DNA of 63,886 nucleotides, filler included, from Octopus bimaculoides (GCF_001194135.2; 9 parts of 8 records of this genome joined end to end with filler, not necessarily neighbours in it); one strand, 5' to 3'. Shown: positions 25,081-40,267, counted from the whole stretch's first letter. Program-made: numbers and translations. The notes: generated by a model not told the origin, from the letters alone.

Positions 25081-26278
25081 GACGTTTGGTGCCAAGCTTA
25101 CCGCAAAAATCGGTCAGATACTGAACTAAGTCACTAGTATTATGCGGAGTTCTATATAATATAAATGAATTACTAATACTGTACGTGTAGTTTATTATCT
25201 ACTTACAAGAAATCTACCATAAATCAGTGTTGAAATAACTTGTTTAGAAGAAGGAATATGTTTACATTATTGAGATCGTAAGCTGAAATGTATTTATCAA
25301 AGTATGCTTAATTAGATATTTTCGTTTTATGTGTCACCTTTAAAAGGAATAAGGTCAATATGGAGGAAAGAGAAATACTTAGATGTATACCAAATGAATG
25401 CTAATTCATTGGAGTAGACATTATGGTGATTTAAAAAAAAGCTCGCCTTGTAACGAACGTGTATTGTTATAGTCCAGAGCCAACGAGTAAATTTGGTTGA
25501 CAGGAACACTTTGTTAGCTCACCATACACACACAGAGACACACAGACACATAGTAATTGACATGGAAGATAGATTTGATACTAGTCTTTATTCAGTACGA
25601 TGGTCGTTCCGATCCCTCTTGCGACTTTACGGTTGGGGTGTTGCGCATCCAATAGTCATGCATCATCGGGGCAGTCTGAGTCATATCAGATACATGCATA
25701 TAAAAAGTGCCTCGCTAAATACATTGAGTCGTCGCAGGTATGTTGTTGCTCAACCGTTGTGTCTTTGTTATAACCAGTGAATGGGGCTCGCTACCATTCT
25801 CCGTAAATATTAAAGAGTCATAATAAAATAACTGTAAACACAAAAAACATAAAGTATAAGAAAATATTAAACAGTTGAGAGAGAGTAAGACGTTTTAAAG
25901 AAATATTACATTGCATTAAGTTTAAAGAGATGGGGTCTACACTTACTAACATAAAGAGACACGCAGACATAAAAACACACACAGAAACACACATACATGC
26001 ACACAAAAGACACCTGCTCTCACCCCACGTACGTACCCTGCAACAATCTTACAATCGTCAGATATATCATCGCAAGATTAAGACAGTAATATCTGTCATC
26101 ACGGTTACATTAAAATCTTGATGTAACTTATGAATTGAAAACAAGAATTTTAAATAAGTTATAATTAGAGCGGGAAATATTGGAAAACTTTCTATTTACC
26201 ATTCTCTATTGCCATGGGAAATAGACATAAAAATCACAGTTGCATTTCTTTTGCGAGGTTCGTAGGGGTGCGTCTTAC

Positions 26279-26312
26279 CTGGGACGCAGAAGGTCGACGA
26301 AATTTTCTGACG
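26279..26312 (-). other. Candidate 34-nt exon defined only by splice signals
   Basis: Minus strand reads ttttcattttcgtttttaAG|cgtcagaaaatttcgtcgaccttctgcgtcccag|GTAAGA. Confidence 0.35.
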
Positions 26313-27249
26313 CTTAAAAACGAAAATGAAAATAAATCAGGAAGTAAACGAAAATAAATATAACATATTTTATGCTTTCTAAATTTGCTAAAATTCCGCT
26401 TCCGTGACAATAATTGGAATTACATATATCAATATCGAATTAAGTTGCAGGCTCAGGTGGATAGCAAGTCTCGTTATTTATTTTCTAAGTGATTTCATAT
26501 TTCAACGCCCACTTGTGTATAATACTGAAAACTTTTTTAGTGTTATTTTAAATCCCTACTTTGGCAAGTAAGGCGTGTTCTATATTCATCTCGAGAAGTC
26601 AAAATTCAAATAATATTAGTCATTGATTAATATAAATTTACACACATAATTAGTTTAATTAGTCTTTCAACGTTCCCTAGATTACAGATATTAACACTAA
26701 ATTATTTCAGTACGGCTGTTTGTATCAATTTATTTATTTTTTTTTGTATTAGAAATTCTATTTTAAAATTACATTTTTCAAGATTCTAAATAGATCGTAT
26801 TCTTTCTTTCGTTCTTTCTTTCTTTCTTTTTTGTAGAAGGGTTATTTAATGGACAATAGAAGAAAAGCTGTGAATTATTACCTCCAAGGATGTATTACTT
26901 TAAATAAAACAAAATTATATCTCGGATGTACAAGTGGTGAAAATAGCACTTTATTCAATTGAGATATATGGTGATAAGGAAGCTATCATACATCAAAATG
27001 AAAAAATATCATCTGTGAATTTAGATGAACTGATGTGTAGAAATATATTCTAACAACTATCAATTACGATAACTAAATTAAACTAGCGCGAAATTCCTTA
27101 TAGAGAAACGAGAATATGGTTAAAATTATGTGGTTATTAGCAACATATGTAGTGAGGTCTATACATTTTGAACTTTCTATGGGAGACGATAAAAATGTTG
27201 TATTCATATGCACACACACAGACACATACACACACATTATGCGTGTATC

Positions 27250-27349
<100 letters not shown>

Positions 27350-28514
27350 GTACCGATTAGTGAGGTGAGATCACTGGACGGAATGAATTCCACGATTTCG
27401 GGCGATACAAGGGCATGACTCGGTTTCCACGTCGTTTAAGTTGCTGAAAATACAAGAGTACCACTTGAGGGGACATGTTTACATAGCGTGATTATTCCCC
27501 TTCTGTCTGTGATGGAATTCATTTGCAGCTGGGTGATTTCTGTGAGCTGTGAAATCAAACTTGTATCACCAGCACGCTAGTAAACCCTTACATGAGGCAA
27601 AACACGTTAATATTTACAAGAATCGAACCATAGACGATAATTCAAACGAAACAAATTCTCTTCTGACGAACCTACATTAACATGTTTGCAGAACAGGAAA
27701 TGGCATAAAGACATCCTATGAAGAAAACGCACCATACATTTATCCCAGAAAAAAAGAAAAAAAAATACAGAATCGTTTAATCACAAAAATCACACAAATC
27801 ACATAATATACAGAGATGGCCAATCTACCATAAAGAAGCTTCTTGTCCCATTCAATAAACGTCATCTTCATAAAACAAGAGAATAAAATGACATGAAGAA
27901 TGGCACCACTGAACCGTAAATAACGGACCGTGTACTCTATTAAATGGCTAGCATAAATGGCGAAACTAATCACTCTACAGCAATCAGACACAGATAATGC
28001 TCATAATAAACGCAATGAACCCATACAATACAAAGACACAAAAAGAAAACAGCTTTACACTGACGAATACAAAATGACATATGTACTGAATTGGTGAAGC
28101 TCGCAGTACTTACCTCGTGACAGTGGTGCTGACGCACAGCTAAATTCGTGTGAAGAAATCTAGTTTAAATCAGCATTATACACTAACGTACATATCATAT
28201 CCTACAATACTTTTATCCTTTTCAATCATTGAAGGAAAATCGAAATTAAAATAAAACACTATTGCACCCTCCCACACACATATATGTGTATGTATCTATC
28301 TCTCCATCTTTCTCTCTCTGTATATACATATAGATATATATATATATAATCCTTAAATTCTTAAATATACTCAAATACCCAAAATTTCAAGAAGTTCCTG
28401 CCTTAAAAACAGGAACTAAACCAGTTATTTTGTGTTCTTTGCTACATTGGTTTCTATTAACCCATTTATTCTATCAGAAGAATTTTTATTCATTAAGATA
28501 GAAGAAATACACAT

Positions 28515-28561
<47 letters not shown>

Positions 28562-28713
28562 TATTTTACACTTTTACTCGTTTCAGTCATTTGACTGCGG
28601 CCAGATAGATAGATACATACATACATACATACATGCATATATACAGACAGACAGACATACAGACAGGCAGGCAGACAGACAGACAGACAGACTGACAGGC
28701 AGACAGACAGATG

Positions 28714-28744
<31 letters not shown>

Positions 28745-29551
28745 TAAGTGGAATTAGGTTGAAACAGCAAGTCATTCCGGTATTACATATAATCCAAGCT
28801 ATTCCATTGGTTTAGTCCCTATCATATAATGCGAAAGTCATTGTTATATATTCGGGATAATTAAAATTACCAATATTGGGGTAAATACAAAAAAGGTGAA
28901 AATGGAGAAGAAATGAATGAAATTAATGTTTTATTAGTATGTTACAAAAGATGAGAGTTCTTTTTTAAATTATAACAAATCAAATAAATGGAATTACTGG
29001 TTTACAGAATTTACAGAATTCAATTACAAATATATTTGAATATATATAGCTTTTAACGTTTAATCCAGTAATACTGTATGATCTCTTCAAAAGAAAGAAA
29101 TGGATATCTAACTTCCATGAGGTCTGTATTTACTCTGAAGAAGTCGTACCACTTTATATTTAGAATATGGTAACTTTCTTAGCATTAAACTAAATAATTA
29201 TATTTCTGCTTTATCTCTCTCTCTCTAACTCACTCTCTAAGTATGTATATATATATATATATGATGAAACAAGGGAAATGCACATAGCTGACATAGTTTT
29301 AACATAATTGTTAATATATTTCAAATTTTGCAACAAAATTGCAATTTAAATGCCATTCTTAGCAAAGGTGAAACCGGTCAACAAACACAATGCTCTTTCA
29401 TTTATAAAATACATTTAAAAATACATTAAATCTACGTAAAATCTGTGCATTCTACTTCTTTTATTATATATATATATATTGCATTACAACTCACCACGTG
29501 GGTATAATCGAAAAAATTCTCCTCCTCTCCTTTTCTTAATGATATATATAA

Positions 29552-29662
<111 letters not shown>

Positions 29663-30135
29663 AAGTTTTACATATATCTCACGCTAAATTATTCTAAATA
29701 GGCAAACTATTCCTCAGGTCAGGAAAGTTCCAAGTGCTTTTCATGATTTATTTCCTGTTTGATTGCGTGTTTTATTAAATTTATCTCGATATATAAAAGC
29801 CATTAGAGACGTTGGAAATAGTTTTATGACTCATTATAGATTTATTACCGGATTCAATGTATTAAACAGTACCTCACTGTTTCTTTTGTCCATCTCTAAC
29901 TATTCTTCTACCAACGTATTTATGAAAAAAAATGTTGCCTATTATTCGGGGGGAGAGGAGTGTAATGTATATCTTGTTGCAACCAAATAATAGAAATCTG
30001 ATACAAAGTTTATATTTCAGGTGAAATTTCAGAAATGGTAGTTGCAAATGACGTAGTGTAGTTTTGTTTTTCATGTTTTGTCTAGTCTTTTGTTTCCGTG
30101 TGCTATAGTGATTAATACACAAACACACACACACA

Positions 30136-30174
<39 letters not shown>

Positions 30175-31420
30175 TATTTATCTGTCCTATCTATCTACTC
30201 TATCGATCGATCGATCTACTAACCTATAAATGTTCTTTAATTATTTTAATGACTTCAACTATTGAACTACACGATTCTATCGTTTTACTTTATCAAATCT
30301 GAATTAGTCATTTTTAAATTGTTTGCTTCTTGTAATATTCATGAATGGATCGTAACACATGATAATTTAAACAAAGATACACGCAAGCCTGTTTATATAT
30401 TTATAACCAATTTATCTCACACTCTCCCCTTTGTATCTCATCTTGCTCATATTACTGACGATAGCTAACCGTCGTAGATGGTTCACTGATCAAATTACCG
30501 CAAATTATATGACCAAACATAGCCTGGGCTTAAAGTGGATGGCACACATGCTAATCAATAAAATAGATGGGACGCAAAATGTTGTTATTGCGCCGATTCA
30601 GAGTAGACCCTGCAAGAATAGCATTTAAGAGGCGATTTCAAACTCCTTAAAAGAGGGAAACTCACGTACCAGGACCCCATTACAGAATGCAGTTTAAAGT
30701 ATTACCCTGCCATAGCATCCATGTTTGAGGTGTGCAGTTTTAAAGCTGATGGGATCAACAGTTACCCAGGTCTGACAATATGTGATTAATTTTACAAGGA
30801 GAGATAATGCAGCAGCATAATGGAGTAAGAGTATAATTGACTCAAGTAGATGACTGGTACTTAATTTACCCTACGCTTGCCATTTGGCCTACACATACTA
30901 TATTCCTATATACGTATATATTGCTGTTTGTTTGTGAATAACACATAACAAGAAGAAACGATATGTAGTGAAATGTAATTCGTATTGAGTATTTGTTTAA
31001 TAATAGATGAAGAGAAACATGATTGGAAAGAATTTTTTGTTTTCACACTGCGCCTGTTGATGAGAGGAAAACGATTCTGGTTAAATAGAAAAAAATCTAT
31101 TCTGAATAAATCTACGTGCATTCTTGTAAAGCCTATGTGCTGTTGATCGTAACTTTGTACTTCTTAAAACATGACAGAATTTAATATATTTTCTGCTTTG
31201 TTCTTTTGTTTGTCATTCTTTTCGTCATTATATTCTATCTAAGATTGTGTGACGAATTTGTAAAACGAGCAGTGCATTCATTAAATCATTAAAGTTAACT
31301 GGCGGATCTGAATTTAAAACTTGTAACTTTCTATGTAAGATCAATTTATTATGTTTACATATATATACTATATATATATATTTGTACGTATGTATGTATG
31401 TATGTAACACATACTCGAAC

Positions 31421-31457
<37 letters not shown>

Positions 31458-32053
31458 NNNNNNNNNNNNNNNNNNNNNNNNNNNNNNNNNNNNNNNNNNN
31501 NTTAATTAATTAANNNNNNNNNNNNNNNNNNNNNNNNNNNNNNNNNNNNNNNNNNNNTATATACATATATGTTTATATGTAGGAACATATGCAACTACAC
31601 ACACGCACACACACACACACACACACACATACACACGCACACACGTATATGTTCGTTTGTGTGTATACCTGTGTGTACAAGTGTGGCATATGGATGGGAG
31701 TTGCAAAAACGTCTTTAAATATACGAGTGTCTTGTATATATGTCTGCTTAGATGTAGTTATATAAGAGTTTAATATTCTATATTACACCTGTATATTTGT
31801 TTTGTCACGTACTATAAAAAATACTTGCAAACATATATAATTATTTGGATAAATTTAATTTTATTGAATTTTCAAGATTTATGGACCACTATATGCAATA
31901 CACACACCTACATACACTCACGCACAGACAGTCAGACAGTCAGACAGACAAACACACACATACGGATATCTAAACTTTACAAAGTGTAGATATATGTTTA
32001 TGGTAAATAATTTGCATCTTCATAGACATGTAGTATGTATGTATACACGTATG

Positions 32054-32087
<34 letters not shown>

Positions 32088-32098
32088 TGTATGTATGC

Positions 32099-32142
<44 letters not shown>

Positions 32143-32513
32143 NNNNNNNNNNNNNNNNNNNNNNNNNNNNNNNNNNNNNNNNNNNNNNNNNNNNNNNNNN
32201 NNNNNNNNNNNNNNNNNNNNNNNNNNNNNNNNNNNNNNNNNNNNNNNNNNNNNNNNNNNNNNNNNNNNNNNNNNNNNNNNNNNNNNNNNNNNNNNNNNNN
32301 NNNNNNNNNNNNNNNNNNNNNNNNNNNNNNNNNNNNNNNNNNNNNNNNNNNNNNNNNNNNNNNNNNNNNNNNNNNNNNNNNNNNNNNNNNNNNNNNNNNN
32401 NNNNNNNNNNNNNNNNNNNNNNNNNNNNNNNNNNNNNNNNNNNNNNNNNNNNNNNNNNNNNNNNNNNNNNNNNNNNNNNNNNNNNNNNNNNNNNNNNNNN
32501 NNNNNNNNNNNNN

Positions 32514-32550
<37 letters not shown>

Positions 32551-33643
32551 TATATATACATCTACCAAGTTCACGACTAAACGTTGTTGACTAAACGCGG
32601 ATCCGTGTGACGAGAGGTAAACTTCCCACCAAATAGCCACGCTGCACCCTTTTCTTTAATTCTGTTATTTATGCGTTTCAGCCCAAAGGCGGTGACCACG
32701 CTGGGCACCGCCATTTTTATCGCCTTTTCAATAGTCATTCTTCTGTGATTGACTTTTGGTGAAGCGGGGAGTTCGATAATGCAGCCCGCTTATGAGGTTT
32801 TTTGCAGTGATGTAGGTCATCAACGGAAGAGGTCAATTTGTTTCCTGAAAGCACCTACTCCATGTTGATCCCTCAGCTGTTTTGGCAAGGTATTATATAA
32901 CTGTGGCCCCTTGAATCCCAAGTTATTACTTGCAAAATTCTTATTTTAGACGCGATAGCTTTTCGAACTGTTTTAAATAATATAAATAGGATACGTATAA
33001 ATTCCACGAAATGGGAAAAATTAAGAAACAAAGGATGGTTTGCATTTTTATAGCATTCATAGTATAGCTATCTTTAACTATTCTTTAACTGTTCTTCGAC
33101 ATCCATTTCCTCACGTCTTCGTCCGAGTTGTCATTCTCTTCTTTTTATTATATCTTCTCGCTGTTCCTCTTTGATCCGTGCTCGCTATCTGTGCATCCTT
33201 TCTCGAGTAGCTCCCAACCATGTGAATCCAGAGTTTAGGCTAAATTAGCCTTTATAAACGATTTTTTAAGCGAGCAGACGATAAATGATTGCACTTATAC
33301 GTATGCGATAATCGCTATAAAAAAAAGTTCAAAAAAAAAAATCACTTTCCACTATCAACACAATTCAACCATCATCACAATTGCTATCCGCCCCCCTCTC
33401 TCTCCCAATATAACTGCCTCCCCTGTCCATCTCTTTATCCACCTTTCCCTTCAGCTAACTTTTTAACCACTTAATGAGTATTATTTCCCCACCTCACTGC
33501 ACGCCCTTCACACTTCTCTCGCCCTCTTTTTCTCTCGCTTTTCGCTTCTTCGTTCAGTTGACTACGTGACCATTTGTTCTAAATGTATTCATATTAATCA
33601 CTTTTCTCTACTTCTTTCTCTCTTCTTTCTTCACTCCTCCCTC

Positions 33644-33676
<33 letters not shown>

Positions 33677-33925
33677 NNNNNNNNNNNNNNNNNNNNNNNN
33701 NNNNNNNNNNNNNNNNNNNNTTAATTAATTAANNNNNNNNNNNNNNNNNNNNNNNNNNNNNNNNNNNNNNNNNNNNATGGGGCGGGGTGGAAGTATTAAA
33801 TCAAGGCGTATTTCTTTTCTCTTCATTGGAAACATTCTTTAAATTGTTAAGAAAGTGAAATTTGGTCATTTCTGAGCTTTTTTTTCTTCAATCTTTTGTA
33901 TCTGGGGTTGTTGCTTCCTTCATAG

Positions 33926-33964
<39 letters not shown>

Positions 33965-34242
33965 TGGCATTTATTCTTTGTGTGAATTCATGTGTATGGT
34001 TGCAACTTTGTGTATGTATATGTATGTATGTATGTATGAATGTGTGTTTATGTATGTACGTATATATGTATGTGTGTATGTATGCATGTGTGTATGTACG
34101 TATGCATGTGTGTATATGTGCATGTATGTGTATATGTATGTGTGTATGTATGTGTGGGTGTATGTATGTGTGTATGTATGTATTTATGTATGTATATGTA
34201 TATATGTATGTATGTATGTATGCATATATGTATGTATGTATG

Positions 34243-34291
<49 letters not shown>

Positions 34292-34495
34292 GTGTGTATG
34301 TGCTTCTTATTGCTTGAGTAAGCAGAAATGTAATTGTTTCTGTGTTCTTTGGAATGGTATTGTCTTCAAAGTTACACATTCGCGCACACATATACATACG
34401 TATACACACACACATAAGGACACACACGCGCATACATATATACACATGTATATATACATATATACACATACGTATATATACATATATACACATAC

Positions 34496-34550
<55 letters not shown>

Positions 34551-35181
34551 TATACGTATAAACATACATATATATATAAATATATATACACATATATATA
34601 TGTATATATATATATATATATGTGTATATATGTATATATATATACATATATATATATACAGAGAGAGAGAGAGAGAAAGAGAGAGAGACAGAGAGTGAAT
34701 GAGAGCTATTCGGAAAAACAATTCTATCTGCTAATTTTTTTCGACGTCATTTAATTTCAACGGCAGATGATAAAGCAAAACTTTCCACAACGGCGGCTCT
34801 GAAGTCCGAAGGAATGTTTGGGCTGCAGAATTTGAAGCTTGATAAAGTGGATCATGTTAGGGGTCAATTCTGAACTCGTTTATTTCTTTTGTATCTTTTT
34901 TTTTTAGTCGGAAATTCGGGGAGCCTGTTTGAGAGGCTTTTGAAATTGCTTTCGCTATTTACCCCTCTTCCGCGTTTAGGCAAGATAAGTTAGCTGCAGA
35001 TTCGCTGGCATTCGGGTATTTCGTGTATGTCGAGTGGGTGGCTGAAAGAACATTTCGATGGCACACAGGCGATCATTGTTGCGAGCTATTTATATGCCTA
35101 TCAGCCGATACAATTTAACAGTTACCAGTTCTTCTCTAAATGACATTACAGCACATTACAGCTCTTTCGGAAGAAACGTGG

Positions 35182-35222
<41 letters not shown>

Positions 35223-36174
35223 TATACACACAAGAGATGCTTCTCCTTTATTCACTTATGGTGAATTGGTATTAGCAAAGGATTCTAAATAAATTGTAAT
35301 CTGATAGTTAGTTAGAGAAGAAAATCAATTTTTATAGAAAAGGAAAAAATAATCTTAAGAGAATTAGAATTGTACAGAAATTCGGATTTGCAAGCTCAGG
35401 GGAAAATCTTATGTTTGTGTTATGTCTCAAGCTACTGCTATCTAGCATCTTCGGATGATCTCTACTCAACCGCTACACAACTGCTACTCGACTTCTACTC
35501 AACTGCTACCACGGCCAGACTACCTCTATTTATATGTCTTCGGAGATCCTACTTCTTCGCCTGGGTGCGTCGACACAACAGTTTGTTAGACGGATGTTTA
35601 CAGCTTATGATCTCTTTTCACATTGCTTCGACTTCATTAATGAAGCATAAATATTCTGACGTCTACTTTGCAGAGTGGTCAGAGATGTTTTTAGATCTAG
35701 AGAAAGAATCACGTGTAGGTTTAATTATAATTATGCAAATTAAAGTAAAATGACCGAACGTATTTGATATTGTTGTTTGGGATCACAAAATATGAACATG
35801 TTTGGGTCATCTTCTGTTGGTCATTTTCTTTAGGTTTGTTTTCAGATGTTTGCCATTAATTCCATATTGCTTTTGTTCAATATATTTGCAATAACGTGGT
35901 TGTAATGTTTCCAGTCATACACATTGTTTGTTCAACTGATTATTTCCGCTTCTACTTATAGATTTCCTGTAACTCTCAACTTGTTCTTTGAATAAGTCTT
36001 TTATAAAGGTTGCGTTGTTTACTTTGAAGCTACAATTGTCGGATTTAGAATCTCTAGCAAAAAGGTTATTTAATATTTGGTGTTTATTATGTTGCTACGA
36101 GTACTACGGAATCCAGTTCTTGTTGCAGTATGGTTGATTTTGTGCCTCAATGATTCTAAGAGATTTGCCAACGA

Positions 36175-36500
36175 AGCACACGCTCCTGGTAGGACCTCCC
36201 ATGCTGGACAGGTCAAAGGTAAGAGATTAGACTAATGTGACTCCTAGATTTCGAGAGGTAAAACAAGTTTGCGTAGGGTTAACATTTCTACATAGACAAA
36301 AAGCAAAGTTACAGAAGCATTCATGACTATTCCAACCAGCAAGACCTGAGAGAGGAAGGCCTTCCTTCAACGAAAAATATAAGATAGTGCTACGAAATCC
36401 AATAGAGAGCTGCTTAGAAATGCAGGCATTAAACTGGAGAGAAGCAAAAGAGACGGCTTAGAGTCGAGAATATAGAGAGATAAGGGTTTAAGAAAATGAG
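36175..36500 (+). mobile_element. RTE-derived remnant with 5' UTR-like and 3'-end-like parts
   Basis: GGTAGGACCTCCCATGCTGGACAGGTCAAAGG resembles an RTE 5' UTR; RGRP..NAGIK/WREAKETA resembles an RTE C-terminus. Confidence 0.4.
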
Positions 36501-38499
36501 TTTATTAAACGTAAATTTTATTCTTTAGCTTTTCAGTTGTGGCTGTAATTTTTTTTATCGGATGATGTACTTCAGACTTCAGAGTTTCAAATTTTGTGTC
36601 CCCAATCTGATTTTATAATTTCTACTTCATACGCTTCTGATATGTTATATTTCATAACTGAGAATGTACGAAATATTTTTTACAGAGAAATATAATTTCA
36701 TTTTCCAAGTTATGAACTCACCCTGGCTTAAAATGTCTGCGTGTGTATTAATAAGCTGTGTCAGTCCCTTTGCGATGAGTTAGCAGTATGATTGCTGAAA
36801 ATACATCAAGAGATTTAACCTCGTATAGCATTTTTATGTACTATCAGGTAACTTGTTTCATTTGCTACAACCATTTCTAGCCGAGAAGGTTCCTTTATCA
36901 TAACTGATTTGAGAGTTCAATGTTTGGTGCCTATTGTTATATACGATACCTGCCAAGCCATTTGAAGGGTATTGAGAAACGTAATCATCTGTTCGGGTTC
37001 AACAAACGATGACCGTCTGAATGTTCCATTGAAGTTTACTCCCAGTTTCAACTCCTGCGCGGTTCTATGTCCGTATTGGCATGAATCTACAGCGCTATTT
37101 GATGTTTTACTTACGGTAAGGTAGTCAATCTACGTTGGTTTGCACACTTCAGTAATGTGAATCAATTTACGTTTGATAATCAGTTTAGTCTATTCGTTAA
37201 GATGTTTAGAGGCTTAAAAACTTCACTTCCAAGCAAGAGATCATCTTTAACAAGTGTAAAAGCTGAACTTTAATATTCTGTGGTTTACAGTACCACCAAT
37301 CATAACGAAGAATAGTGTCAAACAACATTTGTATAGTTTCTATGATTCTGCCATTTAGTATTTTCGACTAAAACTTACTGATCTTTTTAGGAAACTAAAC
37401 AAATAGTAAATTTATAATAAAATTATGTATTAAGAATGTATTATAGACTCGTCTCTTAAACCTGCAAATAGCAACAGCGTAAAAGTAGCTGACGTACACC
37501 AGTCGCCATTTGCAACAGTTGACGAACCGTAAACAATTAGAGTCCCATGGTACATTCTGTTTACACTGCTTCATCAGAATACTCTTTCACACCGCTTTGT
37601 CAGGGCGCTCAGCTTGTAGGGGGCTTTTAGGACAACTGTAAATTAGCAGTATGTAATTAACATAGCTGTAGTATGCGTTCTGTTTACTTACAAAAAATCC
37701 TTTGTGGTTGGCCAGTTTATGTCAATCAGGACAACCGCGACAAGCTTTGCAATTACTATATATATATANNNNNNNNNNNNNNNNNNNNNNNNNNNNNNNN
37801 NNNNNNNNNNNNNNNNNNNNNNNNNNNNNNNNNNNNNNNNNNNNNNNNNNNNNNNNNNNNNNNNNNNNNNNNNNNNNNNNNNNNNNNNNNNNNNNNNNNN
37901 NNNNNNNNNNNNNNNNNNNNNNNNNNNNNNNNNNNNNNNNNNNNNNNNNNNNNNNNNNNNNNNNNNNNNNNNNNNNNNNNNNNNNNNNNNNNNNNNNNNN
38001 NNNNNNNNNNNNNNNNNNNNNNNNNNNNNNNNNNNNNNNNNNNNNNNNNNNNNNNNNNNNNNNNNNNNNNNNNNNNNNNNNNNNNNNNNNNNNNNNNNNN
38101 NNNNNNNNNNNNNNNNNNNNNNNNNNNNNNNNNNNNNNNNNNNNNNNNNNNNNNNNNNNNNNNNNNNNNNNNNNNNNNNNNNNNNNNNNNNNNNNNNNNN
38201 NNNNNNNNNNNNNNNNNNNNNNNNNNNNNNNNNNNNNNNNNNNNNNNNNNNNNNNNNNNNNNNNNNNNNNNNNNNNNNNNNNNNNNNNNNNNNNNNNNNN
38301 NNNNNNNNNNNNNNNNNNNNNNNNNNNNNNNNNNNNNNNNNNNNNNNNNNNNNNNNNNNNNNNNNNNNNNNNNNNNNNNNNAGATGAACATTGAGGAGAC
38401 TCGTACTTTATTGAGCGTATGGTGTAAAGGCACCACCAAATCTCACCTTCGTGGAACATATTACCTGCATCTTGTCAGACTGGTGAAACAGCGAGCGGA

Positions 38500-38916
38500 A
38501 GGCGAATGAGAAAAAGAGGAAAGAGTGGAGGAGGAAGAAAAAAAATAAGAAGAGGATAATAAGAAAAAAAGGACAAGATGAGAAAAAAGAAATTGTAAGG
38601 TAACTGAGATTAGAAAAGGAAAAAAAGACGATTGGGTGGGGGGTGGGGTAAAAAAAAGGAGAGTAATTATGAAAACAAGGAAGAAAGAGAAGGAAAAAGA
38701 GAAAGTGATGATGATGCGAAGGGGGGCGAGGACGTGTTAGAAAAACATGAAAATGAAAAAGGGGAAGAAATTTATGAGGAGTAAGTAAAAAAGGGGAAAA
38801 GAAAAAAATCAGGATGAGGAAAAATATGAAGAAAAAAGAAAAAAATCAGAACATAGGGGAAAAAAAATCAGAACAAGAACCAACGCAAAAACAGGAAGTA
38901 ACAGTTCCCGATGCCT

Positions 38917-38990
<74 letters not shown>

Positions 38991-39070
38991 ATAGTAGAAA
39001 AGATGATAAAGGAAAAAAATAGAAAAAGAATCAAAAGAAAGTCAGAAAGAGTTGGGAAAATAGCTGGTAT
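38500..39070. repeat. A/G-rich low complexity with (AGT)n at ~38917-38988
   Basis: Direct reading. Confidence 0.9.
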
Positions 39071-39285
39071 GTGTTTTAGTGTTGAGACTGTCTTGGAGGA
39101 AGGAATTGGTGACTGAGTTTTGTCTAGAAATGTTGCAAAAAAAAATTTTTCATTTTACAATTTTTACCAGTTTTTTCTTTGTCTCTGACGTGTTTGTTAC
39201 ATATGTTCATTCTTCTGTGACAGTCTTCCGTGGGCGTGGACTATATACATACATGCATACATACATACATACATACATACATACA

Positions 39286-39319
<34 letters not shown>

Positions 39320-39326
39320 CATACAT

Positions 39327-39357
<31 letters not shown>

Positions 39358-40267
39358 GATATATATATATATATATATATATACATACATATCTATATAT
39401 GCATATATACATAAATATATATATATTCATACACACATATATATACATATATATATATACATACATACATATATATATGTATATATATATGTATATATAT
39501 ATATATATGTATGTCTATATATATGTATATATATATATATATGTATNNNNNNNNNNNNNNNNNNNNNNNNNNNNNNNNNNNNNNNNNNNNTTAATTAATT
39601 AANNNNNNNNNNNNNNNNNNNNNNNNNNNNNNNNNNNNNNNNNNNNTAAGACCGAAAGATGTAGAGACAGCTTTAAACACACGTCCATGCTCAATCGCTG
39701 GCCAGCGAGAAAGAGAATGAATTGAGAGGGAAACGCTTGCTTGTTTAATTCTACGCATGCGCAGGCGTTACTACAGTTTCTTATTCTTTACTTTACTTGA
39801 AGTAATAGTTTGTCCTATACTTTTACAGGTGTAATAACTTGTCCTGTACTTTTCCAGGTTTATAATCTTAAAAATATTACTTTTCATGCTCGCATTTTTC
39901 CATGTAGTCCATGATTTTTCCAGGCATTGCTGTTATAAGATAATTAATAATGTGTCAATTAATAATTTAGGATTTTACCTTATAAAATACTGGGTAGGGG
40001 TATACATTAGCCGCTATTTTTAGCGTGTCGAGAGACCAGGTAGAGGATCTTTCATTGGTTCGATTGCGTGATGAGATTTTTTTTTACACATATATGTAAT
40101 ATGTATATATATATCAAAGGCAGAAGTTAGAGAGCAAGTCAAAAGCTGAGAGTTTTGTGTATTGGCACTTATCAAACACGAATTTGTCCATTGTCACTCT
40201 GTAAGTTGTGACGAAATAACTTCTAAAATACAAAATTTTGTCAAAAACGTTAAGAGTAAATAATCTG

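Noticed and set aside
32655-32830. Strong plus-strand acceptor as an exon start
   Set aside because: TTTCAG..ACGCTGGGCACCGCC resembles a reversed family A-type SINE tail.
33862-34754. YIYI, CVCV and THTH ORFs throughout the window
   Set aside because: Translations of dinucleotide microsatellites.
38814-39116. Lys-rich ORF with poly-Val as a membrane protein
   Set aside because: It is an (AGT)n repeat within A-rich low-complexity sequence.
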